A DNA stretch of 64,000 bases from assembly GCA_963762785.1 (NCBI GenBank), contig CAVXND010000079.1, positions 11,638-75,637 on the forward strand, read 5' to 3'. Of the stretch, positions 19,859-30,403 are shown one piece after another. The DNA is from an uncultured beta proteobacterium. GTDB taxonomy: Bacteria > Pseudomonadota > Gammaproteobacteria > Burkholderiales > SG8-39. The notes beneath the pieces are model-generated. The model was not told where the DNA came from and made no database searches. It worked only from the letters and a program-made list of their open reading frames with translations. The translations under genes and the position numbers were made by a program. The first letter of the stretch is position 1, and each line of letters opens with the position of its first letter.

Positions 19859-19888
19859 ACTATAGGCGCGGGCCCATGCGCCTGTCAA
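19859..19888 (-). promoter_or_regulatory. sigma70-type promoter of the rubrerythrin operon
   Basis: Minus strand TTGACA (19888-19883), 18 nt, TATAGT (19864-19859). Confidence 0.55.
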
Positions 19889-19896
19889 GCCGGTCG

Positions 19897-20487
19897 TCAG
19901 CGGCCGAGCGCCGCTTCCACCTCGGCGAAGGTCGCGGCCACCGACGTGGTCTCGATGCTGATGCCGAGATCGCTCGCGATCTGGGTGAGCGAGAAGATGC
20001 CGCGGACGGTGTCGCCGTCCGCCCCGGTCTCGACGACGAGCGCGTGCTGGCGCCCGGCCTTGTGCAGCGTGGCGGCGACGTGGCCGATCTTCGCGTCGAT
20101 CAGCGCGTCGATCGGCAGCGCCTCCATCCGGTCGAGCGGCGTCATCACCTCGCGGACCGGGACTTCGTGGTGCTTCACGCCGTGCTCGAGCGCCACCTGC
20201 ATCGGCCGCTCGCCGAGGACGTCGGTCGCGGTGATGATGCCGAGCACGCGGTGCGCGTGGTCGACGACGATCAGCGAGCGCACGCCGCGGCGGATCATCG
20301 ACCGGTTGGCGTCGTCGACCGACGCGTCGGGCTCGATCGTCGCCGCCGGCACGATCGCGAAGTCGGTCATGACCGACAGCGCGCGGGAGTCGAGCGTGAG
20401 CCGCTCGCCGCTGTGCGGCGTCGTGGCCCGCAGGCGGGCCCCCGACCTCAAGCGTCGCAGCGGCAGGGCAGCGTAGTCGAGCGTCAT
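19897..20487 (-). CDS. CBS-domain protein
   Basis: ORF 19897..20487 has two CBS-like repeats (VMTDFAIV...SLIVVDHAHRVLGIITATDV and VMTPLDRM...ALVVETGADGDTVRGIFSLTQI). Confidence 0.65.
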   Translation of the reverse strand: MTLDYAALPLRRLRSGARLRATTPHSGERLTLDSRALSVMTDFAIVPAATIEPDASVDDANRSMIRRGVRSLIVVDHAHRVLGIITATDVLGERPMQVALEHGVKHHEVPVREVMTPLDRMEALPIDALIDAKIGHVAATLHKAGRQHALVVETGADGDTVRGIFSLTQIASDLGISIETTSVAATFAEVEAALGR

Positions 20488-20524
20488 TGCCGGTCCTCCG
20501 TGGAGGCTTGCGCCAACGCCAGCG

Positions 20525-21043
20525 CTAGCTCGTTTCGCGCGGGACCCGCGGTCCGTCGGGCCGACGCTGGTCGCGGGCGAGATAGCGCGCGAGCTCCGAC
20601 AGCGCCTGCTGGTACACGTCGCGCTTGAACTCGATCACGCTGTCGAGCGGGACCCAGTACTCGCTCCAGCGCCAGGCGTCGAACTCGGGGTGCTCGGTCG
20701 CGCGCAGGCTGACATCGCAGTCACGGCCGACGAGGCGGAGCAGGAACCAGATCTGCTTCTGGCCGCGGTAGCTGCCGCGCCACTCGCGCTTGATCCACTG
20801 CGCCGGCACTTCGTAGCGCAGCCAGCCCCGGGTGCGTCCGAGGATCTTCACGTGGCAGGGCTCGAGCCCGACCTCCTCGCGCAGCTCCCGGTACATCGCC
20901 TGCTCCGGCGTCTCGCCGTGCTTGATGCCGCCCTGCGGGAACTGCCAGGCGTGCTCGTGAACGCGCTTGCCCCAGAAGACCTCGTGCCGGTGGTTGCAAA
21001 GGACGATGCCGACGTTCGGGCGGTAGCCGTCCCGGTCGAGCAT
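20525..21043 (-). CDS. rppH: RNA pyrophosphohydrolase (Nudix)
   Basis: ORF 20525..21076. [17 protein letters not shown]...[28 protein letters not shown] (Nudix box) aligns with RppH from its first residue, hence the start at ATG 21043. Confidence 0.85.
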   Translation of the reverse strand: MLDRDGYRPNVGIVLCNHRHEVFWGKRVHEHAWQFPQGGIKHGETPEQAMYRELREEVGLEPCHVKILGRTRGWLRYEVPAQWIKREWRGSYRGQKQIWFLLRLVGRDCDVSLRATEHPEFDAWRWSEYWVPLDSVIEFKRDVYQQALSELARYLARDQRRPDGPRVPRETS

Positions 21044-21168
21044 GATCGGCTCCGTAAAGCTGTTGTCCGGATCCATTCTTCCACAATTCCCACGGGCTGC
21101 AAAGCAAGCGAGCGCGCGCGGGCGCGGCTCCGCTAGAATCCGCCCGGTCTCTACGGGAGCTTCACGCG

Positions 21169-22889
21169 ATGCGGGCTTCGCAGTTCTTCGTCTCGACGCT
21201 CAAGGAAGCGCCGGCCGACGCCGAGATCGTCAGCCACAAGCTGATGCTGCGCGCCGGGCTGATCCGCCGTCTCGCCGGCGGCATCTACACCTGGATGCCG
21301 ATCGGCCTGCGCGTCGTGCGCAAGGTCGAGGCGATCGTCCGCGCGGAGATGAACCGCGCCGGGGCGATCGAGGTCTTCATGCCGGCGATCCAGCCGGCCG
21401 AGCTGTGGCAGGAATCCGGCCGCTGGGACAAGTACGGCCCCGAGCTCCTGCGCCTCAAGGACCGGCACCAGCGCGACTTCTGCGTCGGCCCGACCCACGA
21501 GGAGGTGATCACCGACGTCGCGCGCCGGGAGCTCCAGAGCTACCGGCAGCTGCCGGTGCACTTCTATCAGATCCAGACCAAGTTCCGCGACGAGATCCGG
21601 CCGCGGTTCGGCGTCATGCGCGGCCGCGAATTCACGATGAAGGACGGCTACTCCTTCCACGCCGACTACGCCGACCTCGAGCGCGAGTACCGGAACATGC
21701 ACGACACCTACTCGCGCATCTTCAGCCGGCTCGGCCTCCAGTTCCGCGCGGTTGCGGCGGACACCGGTTCGATCGGCGGCACCGGCTCGCACGAGTTTCA
21801 CGTGCTGGCCGAATCGGGCGAGGACGCGATCGCCTACTGCCCGCAGTCCGACTACGCGGCCAACGTCGAGCTCGCCGAGGCGCTCGCGCCGCCGGCGCCG
21901 CGCGCGGCGCCCGGCGCGGCGATGCAGAAGGTGCCGACCCCGGGCAAGACGCGCTGCGAGGACGTCGCCGCCCTCCTCGGTCTCCCGCTCACGCAGACGG
22001 TGAAGGCGATCGCCGTCATGCACGACGAGGCGTTCAACCTGCTGCTCGTGCGCGGCGATCACGATCTCAACGAGATCAAGGCGCAGAAGCTTCCCGGCCT
22101 CGACCCGTTCCGGTTCGCCACCGACGCCGAGATCGAGCGCCATCTCGGCTGCAAGGCCGGCTACATCGGCCCGGTCGGCATCGATCCGGGGATCCGCGTC
22201 GTCGCCGACCGATCGGTCGCGGCCATGGCGGACTTCGTGTGCGGTGCGAACGAGGAAGGCTATCACCTCACCGGCGTGAATTTCGGCCGCGACCTGCCCG
22301 AACCCGCGCTCGTCGCGGATATCCGCAAGGTCGTGGCGGGCGACCCGAGCCCGGACGGCAAGGGATCGCTCGAGATCGTCCGCGGGATCGAGGTCGGCCA
22401 CATCTTCCAGCTGCGAACGAAGTACTCGACCGCGATGGCAGGCGACTTTCCTCGACGAGCAGGGCAAGCGCCGCCCGTTCGAGATGGGCTGCTACGGCAT
22501 CGGGGTGACCCGCATCGTCGGCGCGGCGATCGAGCAGGGCAACGACGAGCGCGGCATCGTGTGGCCCGACCCGATCGCGCCCTTCCGCTCGCGATCGTGC
22601 CGCTCGGCTACCGCCGCAGCGACGCGGTCCGGCAGACCGCCGACGCGCTGTACAAGCAAGCTTGCCGCTGCGGGCATCGACGTGCTGCTCGATGATCGCG
22701 ACGAGCGCCCCGGCGTCCTCCTCGCCGACTCGGAACTAATTGGCATCCCGCACCGCGTCGTCGTTGGGGATCGCGGGCTCAAGGATGGCAAACTCGAATA
22801 TCAGGGGCGCAGGGACGCGTCCCCGACCGTCAGTGCCGGTCGCCGAGGCAGCCGACTTTCTGACAGCGAGACTGTGCGCCACCTCCTGA
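21169..22889 (+). CDS. proS: Prolyl-tRNA synthetase; four apparent indels (near 22447, 22587, 22660, 22838)
   Basis: ORF 21169.. ([30 protein letters not shown]...) is followed by ...[10 protein letters not shown]|[45 protein letters not shown]|[25 protein letters not shown]|[59 protein letters not shown]|[16 protein letters not shown]. The corrected length of 572 aa equals E. coli ProRS. Confidence 0.85.
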
Positions 22890-23479
22890 CCGCGGGAATC
22901 CTGCTCGCGCTCGCCGCGGCGCCGGGCGCGGCAAGCGCGGGCGCGCAGGAGTACGAACCGCTCTCGGCGAGCGTGCAGGCGGCGATGTCGCGCGCGATCA
23001 GCGACAAGGGCGTACCGCAGCTCAAGTTCGCCCACCCCGAAGACGGGTACAAGTGGCTGCTCGCGATGTCGGACCGGCTCGCGAAGCGCATCCCGGACAC
23101 GCAGTACCGCGTCGAGCTGCTGAAGACGGTGCACTACGAAGCCACCCGCGCCGGCCTGGATCCGCAGCTCGTCCTCGGCATCATCCACGTCGAAAGCGGC
23201 TTCAAGAAGTACGCGGTGTCGAAGGCCGGCGCGCGCGGGCTGATGCAGGTCATGCCCTTCTGGGTCGGGCTGATCGGCGCGAAGGACGACAACCTCTTCC
23301 ACCTGCGGATGAACATCCGCTACGGCTGCGTGATCATGCGCCACTATCTCGACATCGAGAAAGGCGACCTCTACCGCGCGCTCGGCCGCTACAACGGCAG
23401 CCTCGGGCGGCCGGAGTACCCCAACCTCGTCCTGGCCGCCTGGAAGGGCACGTTCAAATACGAGGGGCGATTGGCCTGA
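22874..23479 (+). CDS. Secreted lytic transglycosylase (SLT domain)
   Basis: GTG 22874 lies inside ORF 22484..23479. Signal peptide [22 protein letters not shown]; catalytic region [27 protein letters not shown]. Confidence 0.75.
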   Translation: MRHLLTAGILLALAAAPGAASAGAQEYEPLSASVQAAMSRAISDKGVPQLKFAHPEDGYKWLLAMSDRLAKRIPDTQYRVELLKTVHYEATRAGLDPQLVLGIIHVESGFKKYAVSKAGARGLMQVMPFWVGLIGAKDDNLFHLRMNIRYGCVIMRHYLDIEKGDLYRALGRYNGSLGRPEYPNLVLAAWKGTFKYEGRLA

Positions 23480-23490
23480 CCGCGGCGCCT

Positions 23491-24207
23491 TCAGTCGGCA
23501 AAGATCCCGGCGATGGTCGCCTGGATGGCGGCGGCAGCGGCCGCCGGATCCGCCGCCTGGCGGATCGGCCGCCCGACGACGATGTAGTCGGCACCGTTCG
23601 CGAACGCCTGCGCGACATCGACGGTGCGCTTCTGGTCGTCGACCGGCCGGTTCTCGACCGGGCGAATCCCCGGGGTGACGACGAGGATCCGGTCGCCGAG
23701 CTCGCGCTTGAGCATCGGCGCCTCGAGACCCGACGAGATCACGCCGTCGCAGCCCGCCTCGAGCGCGCGGCGCGCGCGCGACAGCACGAGACGGTCGACG
23801 TCGCAGGCGAAGCCGAGATCGTCGAGGTCGCCGCGATCGAGGCTGGTGAGCACCGTGACCGCGAGGATCTTCACGTCGCCCTTCTCCGCGGCGGCCGCTT
23901 CCATCATCTTCTGGTTGCCGTGGACGGTCGCGAGCGCGATCCCGCGTCCGCGCAGCGCCCGCACGGCGCTGCGAACGGTCTCCGGGACGTCGAAGAACTT
24001 GAGGTCGACGAACACGCGCTTGCCGCGCGCGACCAGCCAGTCGACGAGCTCGAAGTAACCGCCGGTCATGAAGAGCTCGAGGCCGAGCTTGTAGAACACC
24101 GCTTCGTCGCCGAGCTTCGCGACGAGCGCGCGCGCATCGCTCACGGACGGCACGTCGAGCGCGACGATCAGCCGCTCGCGGCGCGGAATGCTGCGGGAAT
24201 TTGCCAC
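23491..24207 (-). CDS. pyrF: Orotidine 5'-phosphate decarboxylase
   Basis: ORF 23491..24207 (GTG start) has LIVALDV, FVDLKFFDVPETV and YIVVGRPI motifs. Confidence 0.88.
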   Translation of the reverse strand: MANSRSIPRRERLIVALDVPSVSDARALVAKLGDEAVFYKLGLELFMTGGYFELVDWLVARGKRVFVDLKFFDVPETVRSAVRALRGRGIALATVHGNQKMMEAAAAEKGDVKILAVTVLTSLDRGDLDDLGFACDVDRLVLSRARRALEAGCDGVISSGLEAPMLKRELGDRILVVTPGIRPVENRPVDDQKRTVDVAQAFANGADYIVVGRPIRQAADPAAAAAAIQATIAGIFAD

Positions 24208-24215
24208 AGTTTCTC

Positions 24216-24230
24216 CGGCATGTTCTTTGC
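24216..24230 (+). promoter_or_regulatory. -24/-12 (sigma54-type) promoter
   Basis: cGGCATG-ttct-TTGCg has correct GG-N10-GC spacing and ends 33 nt before ATG 24264. Confidence 0.5.
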
Positions 24231-24263
24231 GTTAATCGGGTTCGCAGGCACCTGACAACCCCG

Positions 24264-25808
24264 ATGATCCTGAATTTTATCTCGGCGACCGGCAGTACCG
24301 ACGAAGACGGCGAGTTCTCCCCGGAGAACCTCCGCGGGTGGCTGTCGTCGCTCTCGGCCGCCGACGCCACCGGCACCGCCCGCGCGCTCATCGACCGCCT
24401 GGTGCAGGTGAACAAGGCGGAGCTGCAGAGCCGGCTGCGGTTGCGGCTGCTCGACATGTTCCGCGACCACATCGACTGGCTCCTGCCCCAGCTCGAGAGC
24501 CGGATCGCCCGCGCGCAGCCGCCGCTCGCCGGGAATCTGCGGCAGGTCGCCTACTTCATCGAGAAGCTCCTGAAGGAGCTTGCGCTCGGCTACTCCCGCG
24601 TCGTCCTGCGCGTGCCGCGGGCGTGGCTGTCGCTCGGCTTCAAGGGCCAGCTCCACGTCCCGCTCACCCGTGCGATGGACTTCCACGCGCGCCGGCTCCA
24701 GCTCAGCCAGCGCCTCTATGCGCGCAACCCGGGCGGCGTCTGGAGCGAGCTGCACCAGCTCTACCAGGTCGCGCGCGACTGGGGGTTCGCCGACCGCGAA
24801 ATCGACGCGCCGCAGACCTCGCCGCTGCGCGTCTACCGCGACGCGCTGCTCCTCGCGTTCGCGCAGCCGACGAAGCTGATGCACGGGGACTTCCTCCGGG
24901 TGCAGGCCTATCTCGCCGCCAACGCCGATCTCGCCGAGCTTTCCGCGGGCGGCAAGGTGGAGGACCCGCTCTGCGTCTTCGCGGTCGATCCGCGCCGCGA
25001 CCGGCCCGGGATTGCCTACGCCAAGCGCGCCGACGCCGGATACGACAACGGCGCGCTCCTGCTGCTCACGCACCGCCTCGTCGAGCGGCTCCAGACCCAG
25101 CTCAAGAAGCTCCACGACGGCGTCGCGCCCGCCACGCTCGGGCTGCCGGAGGAGTCCGCCCGGCTCGCCTACCAGGAGCTGATGCAGCGCCTGATCACGC
25201 ACTGGCGCGGCGAGCGCAAGGCACGCGCCACGCGCATGCGGTTCCATCCGCGGGTCGAGCTGTGGGTCGGCCTGCGCGAGATCTGGCGCGTGCTGCGCGC
25301 CGAATCGCCCCAGGACACGCCCGCCGCCGACATCACCCAGCGCGAGGCCCCGGCACGCGCGAGCGAGTGGATCATCGCCAACGAGAGCTCGCGCGGCTTC
25401 GCGCTCAAATACATGTCCGGCACGCTGCCGCCGATCAACGTCGGCGAGATCGTGGCGATCAAGGGCAAGGACCGCGGGTCGGTCTATGTGTGCCTCGTCC
25501 GGTGGATCCTGTCCAACACGCCCGAGCACTTCGAGCTCGGGTTGCAGCAGCTCGCGCCGGTCGTGGTCCCCGCGGTCTACAAGCCGGCCCAGCCCGAACG
25601 CGTTGCGCCCGAGCCGATCCTGTTCTTCCCCGAGATGCCGGCGCAGAAGCGCGCGCCGGCGGTCGTCGCGCCCCCCAACCGCCTCCGCTCGAACGAGTCG
25701 TTCAGCCTGCGCCATCGTCGCGGGCGCCTCGATCTCCGGGCGAGCCGGGTGATCGAGAAGACGCCGAGCATCGAGCTGATCGAGGTCTTCGCGTCGCAGA
25801 CCGCCTGA
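24264..25808 (+). CDS. Conserved hypothetical protein (514 aa) with a C-terminal PilZ-like domain (first Arg of RxxxR lost); paralogue 1
   Basis: ORF 24201..25808, with the start taken at ATG 24264 (MILNFISATG...) by alignment with the paralogue. The C-terminus reads ...RKARATRMRFHPRVELWVG...WIIANESSRGFALKY...VGEIVAIKGKD. Confidence 0.7.
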   Translation: MILNFISATGSTDEDGEFSPENLRGWLSSLSAADATGTARALIDRLVQVNKAELQSRLRLRLLDMFRDHIDWLLPQLESRIARAQPPLAGNLRQVAYFIEKLLKELALGYSRVVLRVPRAWLSLGFKGQLHVPLTRAMDFHARRLQLSQRLYARNPGGVWSELHQLYQVARDWGFADREIDAPQTSPLRVYRDALLLAFAQPTKLMHGDFLRVQAYLAANADLAELSAGGKVEDPLCVFAVDPRRDRPGIAYAKRADAGYDNGALLLLTHRLVERLQTQLKKLHDGVAPATLGLPEESARLAYQELMQRLITHWRGERKARATRMRFHPRVELWVGLREIWRVLRAESPQDTPAADITQREAPARASEWIIANESSRGFALKYMSGTLPPINVGEIVAIKGKDRGSVYVCLVRWILSNTPEHFELGLQQLAPVVVPAVYKPAQPERVAPEPILFFPEMPAQKRAPAVVAPPNRLRSNESFSLRHRRGRLDLRASRVIEKTPSIELIEVFASQTA

Positions 25809-25827
25809 GCGCGAGCGCCCTCGCGCC

Positions 25828-25847
25828 GGCGTGAACTGGTTCACGCC
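25828..25847. promoter_or_regulatory. Perfect palindrome GGCGTGAAC-tg-GTTCACGCC
   Basis: A 9+9 inverted repeat 20 nt after the stop of paralogue 1 and about 290 nt upstream of the -24/-12 element of paralogue 2. No U-run follows. Confidence 0.4.
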
Positions 25848-26128
25848 GCGACGCTGACGCGGGTGTCGCGAACGTGTCAGGCGTTCGACGACACCTCCGC
25901 ACGTTCCGTTCGCGCGTCCGCACCGCTCGGCGGGCTGCTTGCGTCGCGCGGGACCCGGATGCGATCCTGTGACCGAACGCACGTTCGGACGCTCGGCGAG
26001 CTTCCGGGCAGCGCTTCGAGTCGACGTCACGAGCGCCGTTTCGGCACTTCAGCAGGCCGGAGTCCATTCCGGGAAACGGCAGGGTGTCACGGCCGAAGCC
26101 GCGTCGCGCGGGCGCACCGGCAACTCAG

Positions 26129-26143
26129 TGGCATGGTCCTTGC
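26129..26143 (+). promoter_or_regulatory. -24/-12 (sigma54-type) promoter
   Basis: TGGCATG-gtcc-TTGCg ends 63 nt before ATG 26207. Confidence 0.55.
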
Positions 26144-26206
26144 GACCCCGGGGGCAGGTCCGCACGACGGACGCCGCTCGATAACATCGACTACAGGAGC
26201 CGGAGA

Positions 26207-27715
26207 ATGCCACTGCACTTGACGCTGCCGCAGACCGCCGAGGGCGAGTCGAGGCGATTCGAGCTCGCACCCGAAGAGGTGCCGGGCTGGCTCGCCACGC
26301 TGCCCAAGGACGACCCCCACACCGCGGGGCGCATGATCCTCGAGAAGCTCGCCCCGCTCAATCGCGGGCGGGTCCGGATCACGCTCCGCCAGGACGTCAC
26401 CGAGGGCATCCTCGGCTTCGTCGAGCACCTCCTGCCCCGCCTCGACGCCGCGCTCGCGTCCGGCACGCTGCCGCTCTCGCTGCAGACGCGCAGCTCCGCG
26501 GGGCTGGCGGAAGATCTCCTCACCGAGCTCGCCTACTCTTACAAGCTGCTGCTCGTCGAGCAGTCGCGGCGGCTCTTCGGCTTCGCCTCGAGCGGCCGGG
26601 CGCTGCTCCCGGTGCTGCGCGCCATGCAGATGCTCGCGCAGCGGCTCAAGCTCGGCTACCGGATGTACGCGACCAACCCGAAGTCGGTCTGGTCGGAGCT
26701 CCACGAGCTCTATCAGTTCGGGCTCCGGCGCGGGCTCGCCAACCGGGCGCTGGTCGAAGGCGGCGAGACGCCGCTCTCGGTCTACCGCGGCGCGCTGCTG
26801 CTCGCGTTCGCCGAGCCGCTCAAGCTCATGCAGGGCGACCTCGATCGCGTCGCCGCCTGGCTCGAGCGCTTCGGTCACCAGTCGACGCTCGGCCCGGCCG
26901 GCCAGCAGAAGAGCGGCCAGGGCCTGTTCCTGATCAAGGCGCAGCGCGACGTGCCCGGCTACGCGCTCTCGAAGCGCCACCACCCGGTGCCGCAACCGCA
27001 CGACCTGCTGCTGAACACGCTGCCGCTCGCCGAGCACCTGCTCGACCAGCTCGCGCGGCTGTCGGCGGGCGAAACCGCGGCCGCCGTGGGCCTGCCCGAG
27101 GACGCGGCCGACGCCGCGTTCCGGGACCTGATGGGCCGGCTCGTCAAGCACTGGGGCGCCGTGCCGAACCGCCGCTTCACGCGGTTGCGCACGCACGCGC
27201 GCGTGGAAGTCTGCGTCGGCATCCGCGGCATCTGGGAGTTCCTCAACTCGCGCGGCACGACCAAGCCGAGCGCGGGTGAATGGATGGTCACGAACGAGAG
27301 CCCGCGCGGCTTCGCGCTGATGCACGTCAAGGGGCCGATCGAGCCGATCCGCGTCGGCGAGGTGCTCGGCCTGCGGACGCGCGACAGCCACACCTGCCAC
27401 ATCTGCGTCGTGCGCTGGGTGCTCTCCGACAACCCCGAGCACCTGGAGCTCGGCCTCGAAGAGCTCGCGCCGACCGCGCGGCCGGTGTCGATCCGCAAGA
27501 CCCGCGGCGCGTCGCAGGAGTCGGAGCACGTCCTGCTGCTGCCCGAGGTGCCGTCGCTCAACCAGGCACCGGCGATCCTCGCGCCGCTCTTCCCGCTCGA
27601 CTCGACCTGCGAGCTGTCGCTCGGCGACCTGCAGTCGAAGCTGCGGGTGCGGGCGACGCGGCTGCTGGAGCGGACGGTCAGCGTCCAGCTCGTCCAGTTC
27701 AGCGCCGTCAGCTAA
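26207..27715 (+). CDS. Conserved hypothetical protein (502 aa) with a C-terminal PilZ-like domain (RxxxR...NxSxxG intact); paralogue 2
   Basis: ORF 26084..27715. AGGAG/GGAGA precede ATG 26207 (MPLHLTLPQ...). The C-terminus reads NRRFTRLRTHARVEVCVG...WMVTNESPRGFALMHVKG...VGEVLGLRTRD. Confidence 0.72.
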   Translation: MPLHLTLPQTAEGESRRFELAPEEVPGWLATLPKDDPHTAGRMILEKLAPLNRGRVRITLRQDVTEGILGFVEHLLPRLDAALASGTLPLSLQTRSSAGLAEDLLTELAYSYKLLLVEQSRRLFGFASSGRALLPVLRAMQMLAQRLKLGYRMYATNPKSVWSELHELYQFGLRRGLANRALVEGGETPLSVYRGALLLAFAEPLKLMQGDLDRVAAWLERFGHQSTLGPAGQQKSGQGLFLIKAQRDVPGYALSKRHHPVPQPHDLLLNTLPLAEHLLDQLARLSAGETAAAVGLPEDAADAAFRDLMGRLVKHWGAVPNRRFTRLRTHARVEVCVGIRGIWEFLNSRGTTKPSAGEWMVTNESPRGFALMHVKGPIEPIRVGEVLGLRTRDSHTCHICVVRWVLSDNPEHLELGLEELAPTARPVSIRKTRGASQESEHVLLLPEVPSLNQAPAILAPLFPLDSTCELSLGDLQSKLRVRATRLLERTVSVQLVQFSAVS

Positions 27716-28994
27716 CCGTCCACAGCACTTCCGACCGTGCGGGGCGCCGGGTCCTCCTGGCGCCCCGTACGTTTTGGAGGCGACGTTTTCTCGTCGTTCC
27801 ACGAGCGCCCGTAGCGGCGCGTTGATCGCCCGGCCGGCCCCTGCCGCCGCGCGCTCCATCACGCCGTCGAGCATCGGGTCGCCGCCGTGCCAGCTGCCCG
27901 ACCCGGCGAACACCAGCCGCGTCGTAGACCTGTGCGATCGTGACCTCGTCGGGATCGCAGGCGAGCGTCCACCGGTCGCCCACCACCCGCGCGAGCCAGC
28001 CCGCCGCCGCGAGCTCGTCGAGCAGCCGCTCGCCCGCCTCGCGCGGGACGCGCGCTGCGGCGATCACCTCCCGCGTCCGCAGGGTGCGCGTCTCGCCCTG
28101 CGCGCGCACCAGCACCCGCAGGATCTCGAGCGCGTCCCGGAATTCCGTACCGGGACGCGTCGCCGCCCCGTCACGCAGCACATGCAAGTCGGGAAGTGCG
28201 GCCGCGATCTCCGCACCGAGCAGCGTCACGACCCACGACAGGTAGATCCAGAGCAGGAAGATCGGAACGGTCGCGAAAGCGCCGTAGACAAGCGTATAGC
28301 TCGGCACCTTCGAGATGTAGACGCCGAAGCCGTGCTGCACCAGCGCGAACACGACTGCAGCGACACAGCCGCCGATCGCCGCGTGCCTGACCTCGATCCG
28401 CCGGTTCGGCACGACGAGGTACACGAGCATGAACGCGATAGCGGTGAGCGCGAGCGGCACCAGGCCGAGCAGCAGCGCGGCAGCGCCCGGGATCTGTCTC
28501 GCGTAGCCGAGCGAGGCGCCGACGACGTACGAAGTGGCGGTCAGGCTCGCCCCGATCAGCAGCGGGCCGAGGGTCAGCACGCCCCAGTACACGAGCACGC
28601 GCACGACGACCGGCCGCGGGCGTCGCACGCGCCAGATCGCGTTGAACGCGGTCTCGATGGTCGTCATCAGCATGATCGCGGTCACGCCCAGGAACAGCAC
28701 GCCCACGGCGGTGAGACGCCCGGCGTTGTCGGTGAACTGGTTGATGTAGCGGGTGACCGACTTCGCCAGCGCCGGCGGCAGCATGTTCTCGGCGAAGAAC
28801 GAATCGATGCCCTGCATGAGGTGCTCGAACACGGGGAACGCGGCGATGACGGTCAGCGCGATCGTGATCAGCGGGACGAGCGCGAGCAGCGACGTGTAGG
28901 CGAGGCCGCCGGCGAGACTGAAGCAGCGGTCGCCGGCGAATCGCCGGCCGACGTGGCCGGCGAAGCGGCCGAGGAGCTGGAGGCGAGTGCGCAC
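27708..28994 (-). CDS. YihY/BrkB-family inner membrane protein; C-terminal region unresolved (at least one shift near 27920)
   Basis: ORF 27708..29063 has FSLAGGLAYTSLLALVPLITIAL...TIETAFNAIWRV...VYGAFATVPIFLLWIYLSWVVTLLGAEIAAAL. After ...TIAQVYDA the listed frame turns Arg-rich, whereas another frame reads LVFAGSGSWHGGDPMLDGVMERAAAGAGRAINAPLRALVE. The likely start is GTG 28994 and the true stop is uncertain. Confidence 0.7.
   Translation of the reverse strand: MRTRLQLLGRFAGHVGRRFAGDRCFSLAGGLAYTSLLALVPLITIALTVIAAFPVFEHLMQGIDSFFAENMLPPALAKSVTRYINQFTDNAGRLTAVGVLFLGVTAIMLMTTIETAFNAIWRVRRPRPVVVRVLVYWGVLTLGPLLIGASLTATSYVVGASLGYARQIPGAAALLLGLVPLALTAIAFMLVYLVVPNRRIEVRHAAIGGCVAAVVFALVQHGFGVYISKVPSYTLVYGAFATVPIFLLWIYLSWVVTLLGAEIAAALPDLHVLRDGAATRPGTEFRDALEILRVLVRAQGETRTLRTREVIAAARVPREAGERLLDELAAAGWLARVVGDRWTLACDPDEVTIAQVYDAAGVRRVGQLARRRPDARRRDGARGGRGRPGDQRAATGARGTTRKRRLQNVRGARRTRRPARSEVLWTVS
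27741..27776 (+). terminator. Rho-independent terminator after paralogue 2
   Basis: GGGGCGCC-gggtcctcct-GGCGCCCC (8 bp) is followed by GTACGTTTTGG. Confidence 0.55.
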
Positions 28995-29016
28995 CGGCGA
29001 TGGCGGAGGGTCCTGA

Positions 29017-30354
<1,338 letters not shown>

Positions 30355-30403
30355 CGCCCGGCTCGCGCCGCGAGCGCGGCGGGCCGCGCGCGGGTGGCGC
30401 CGA

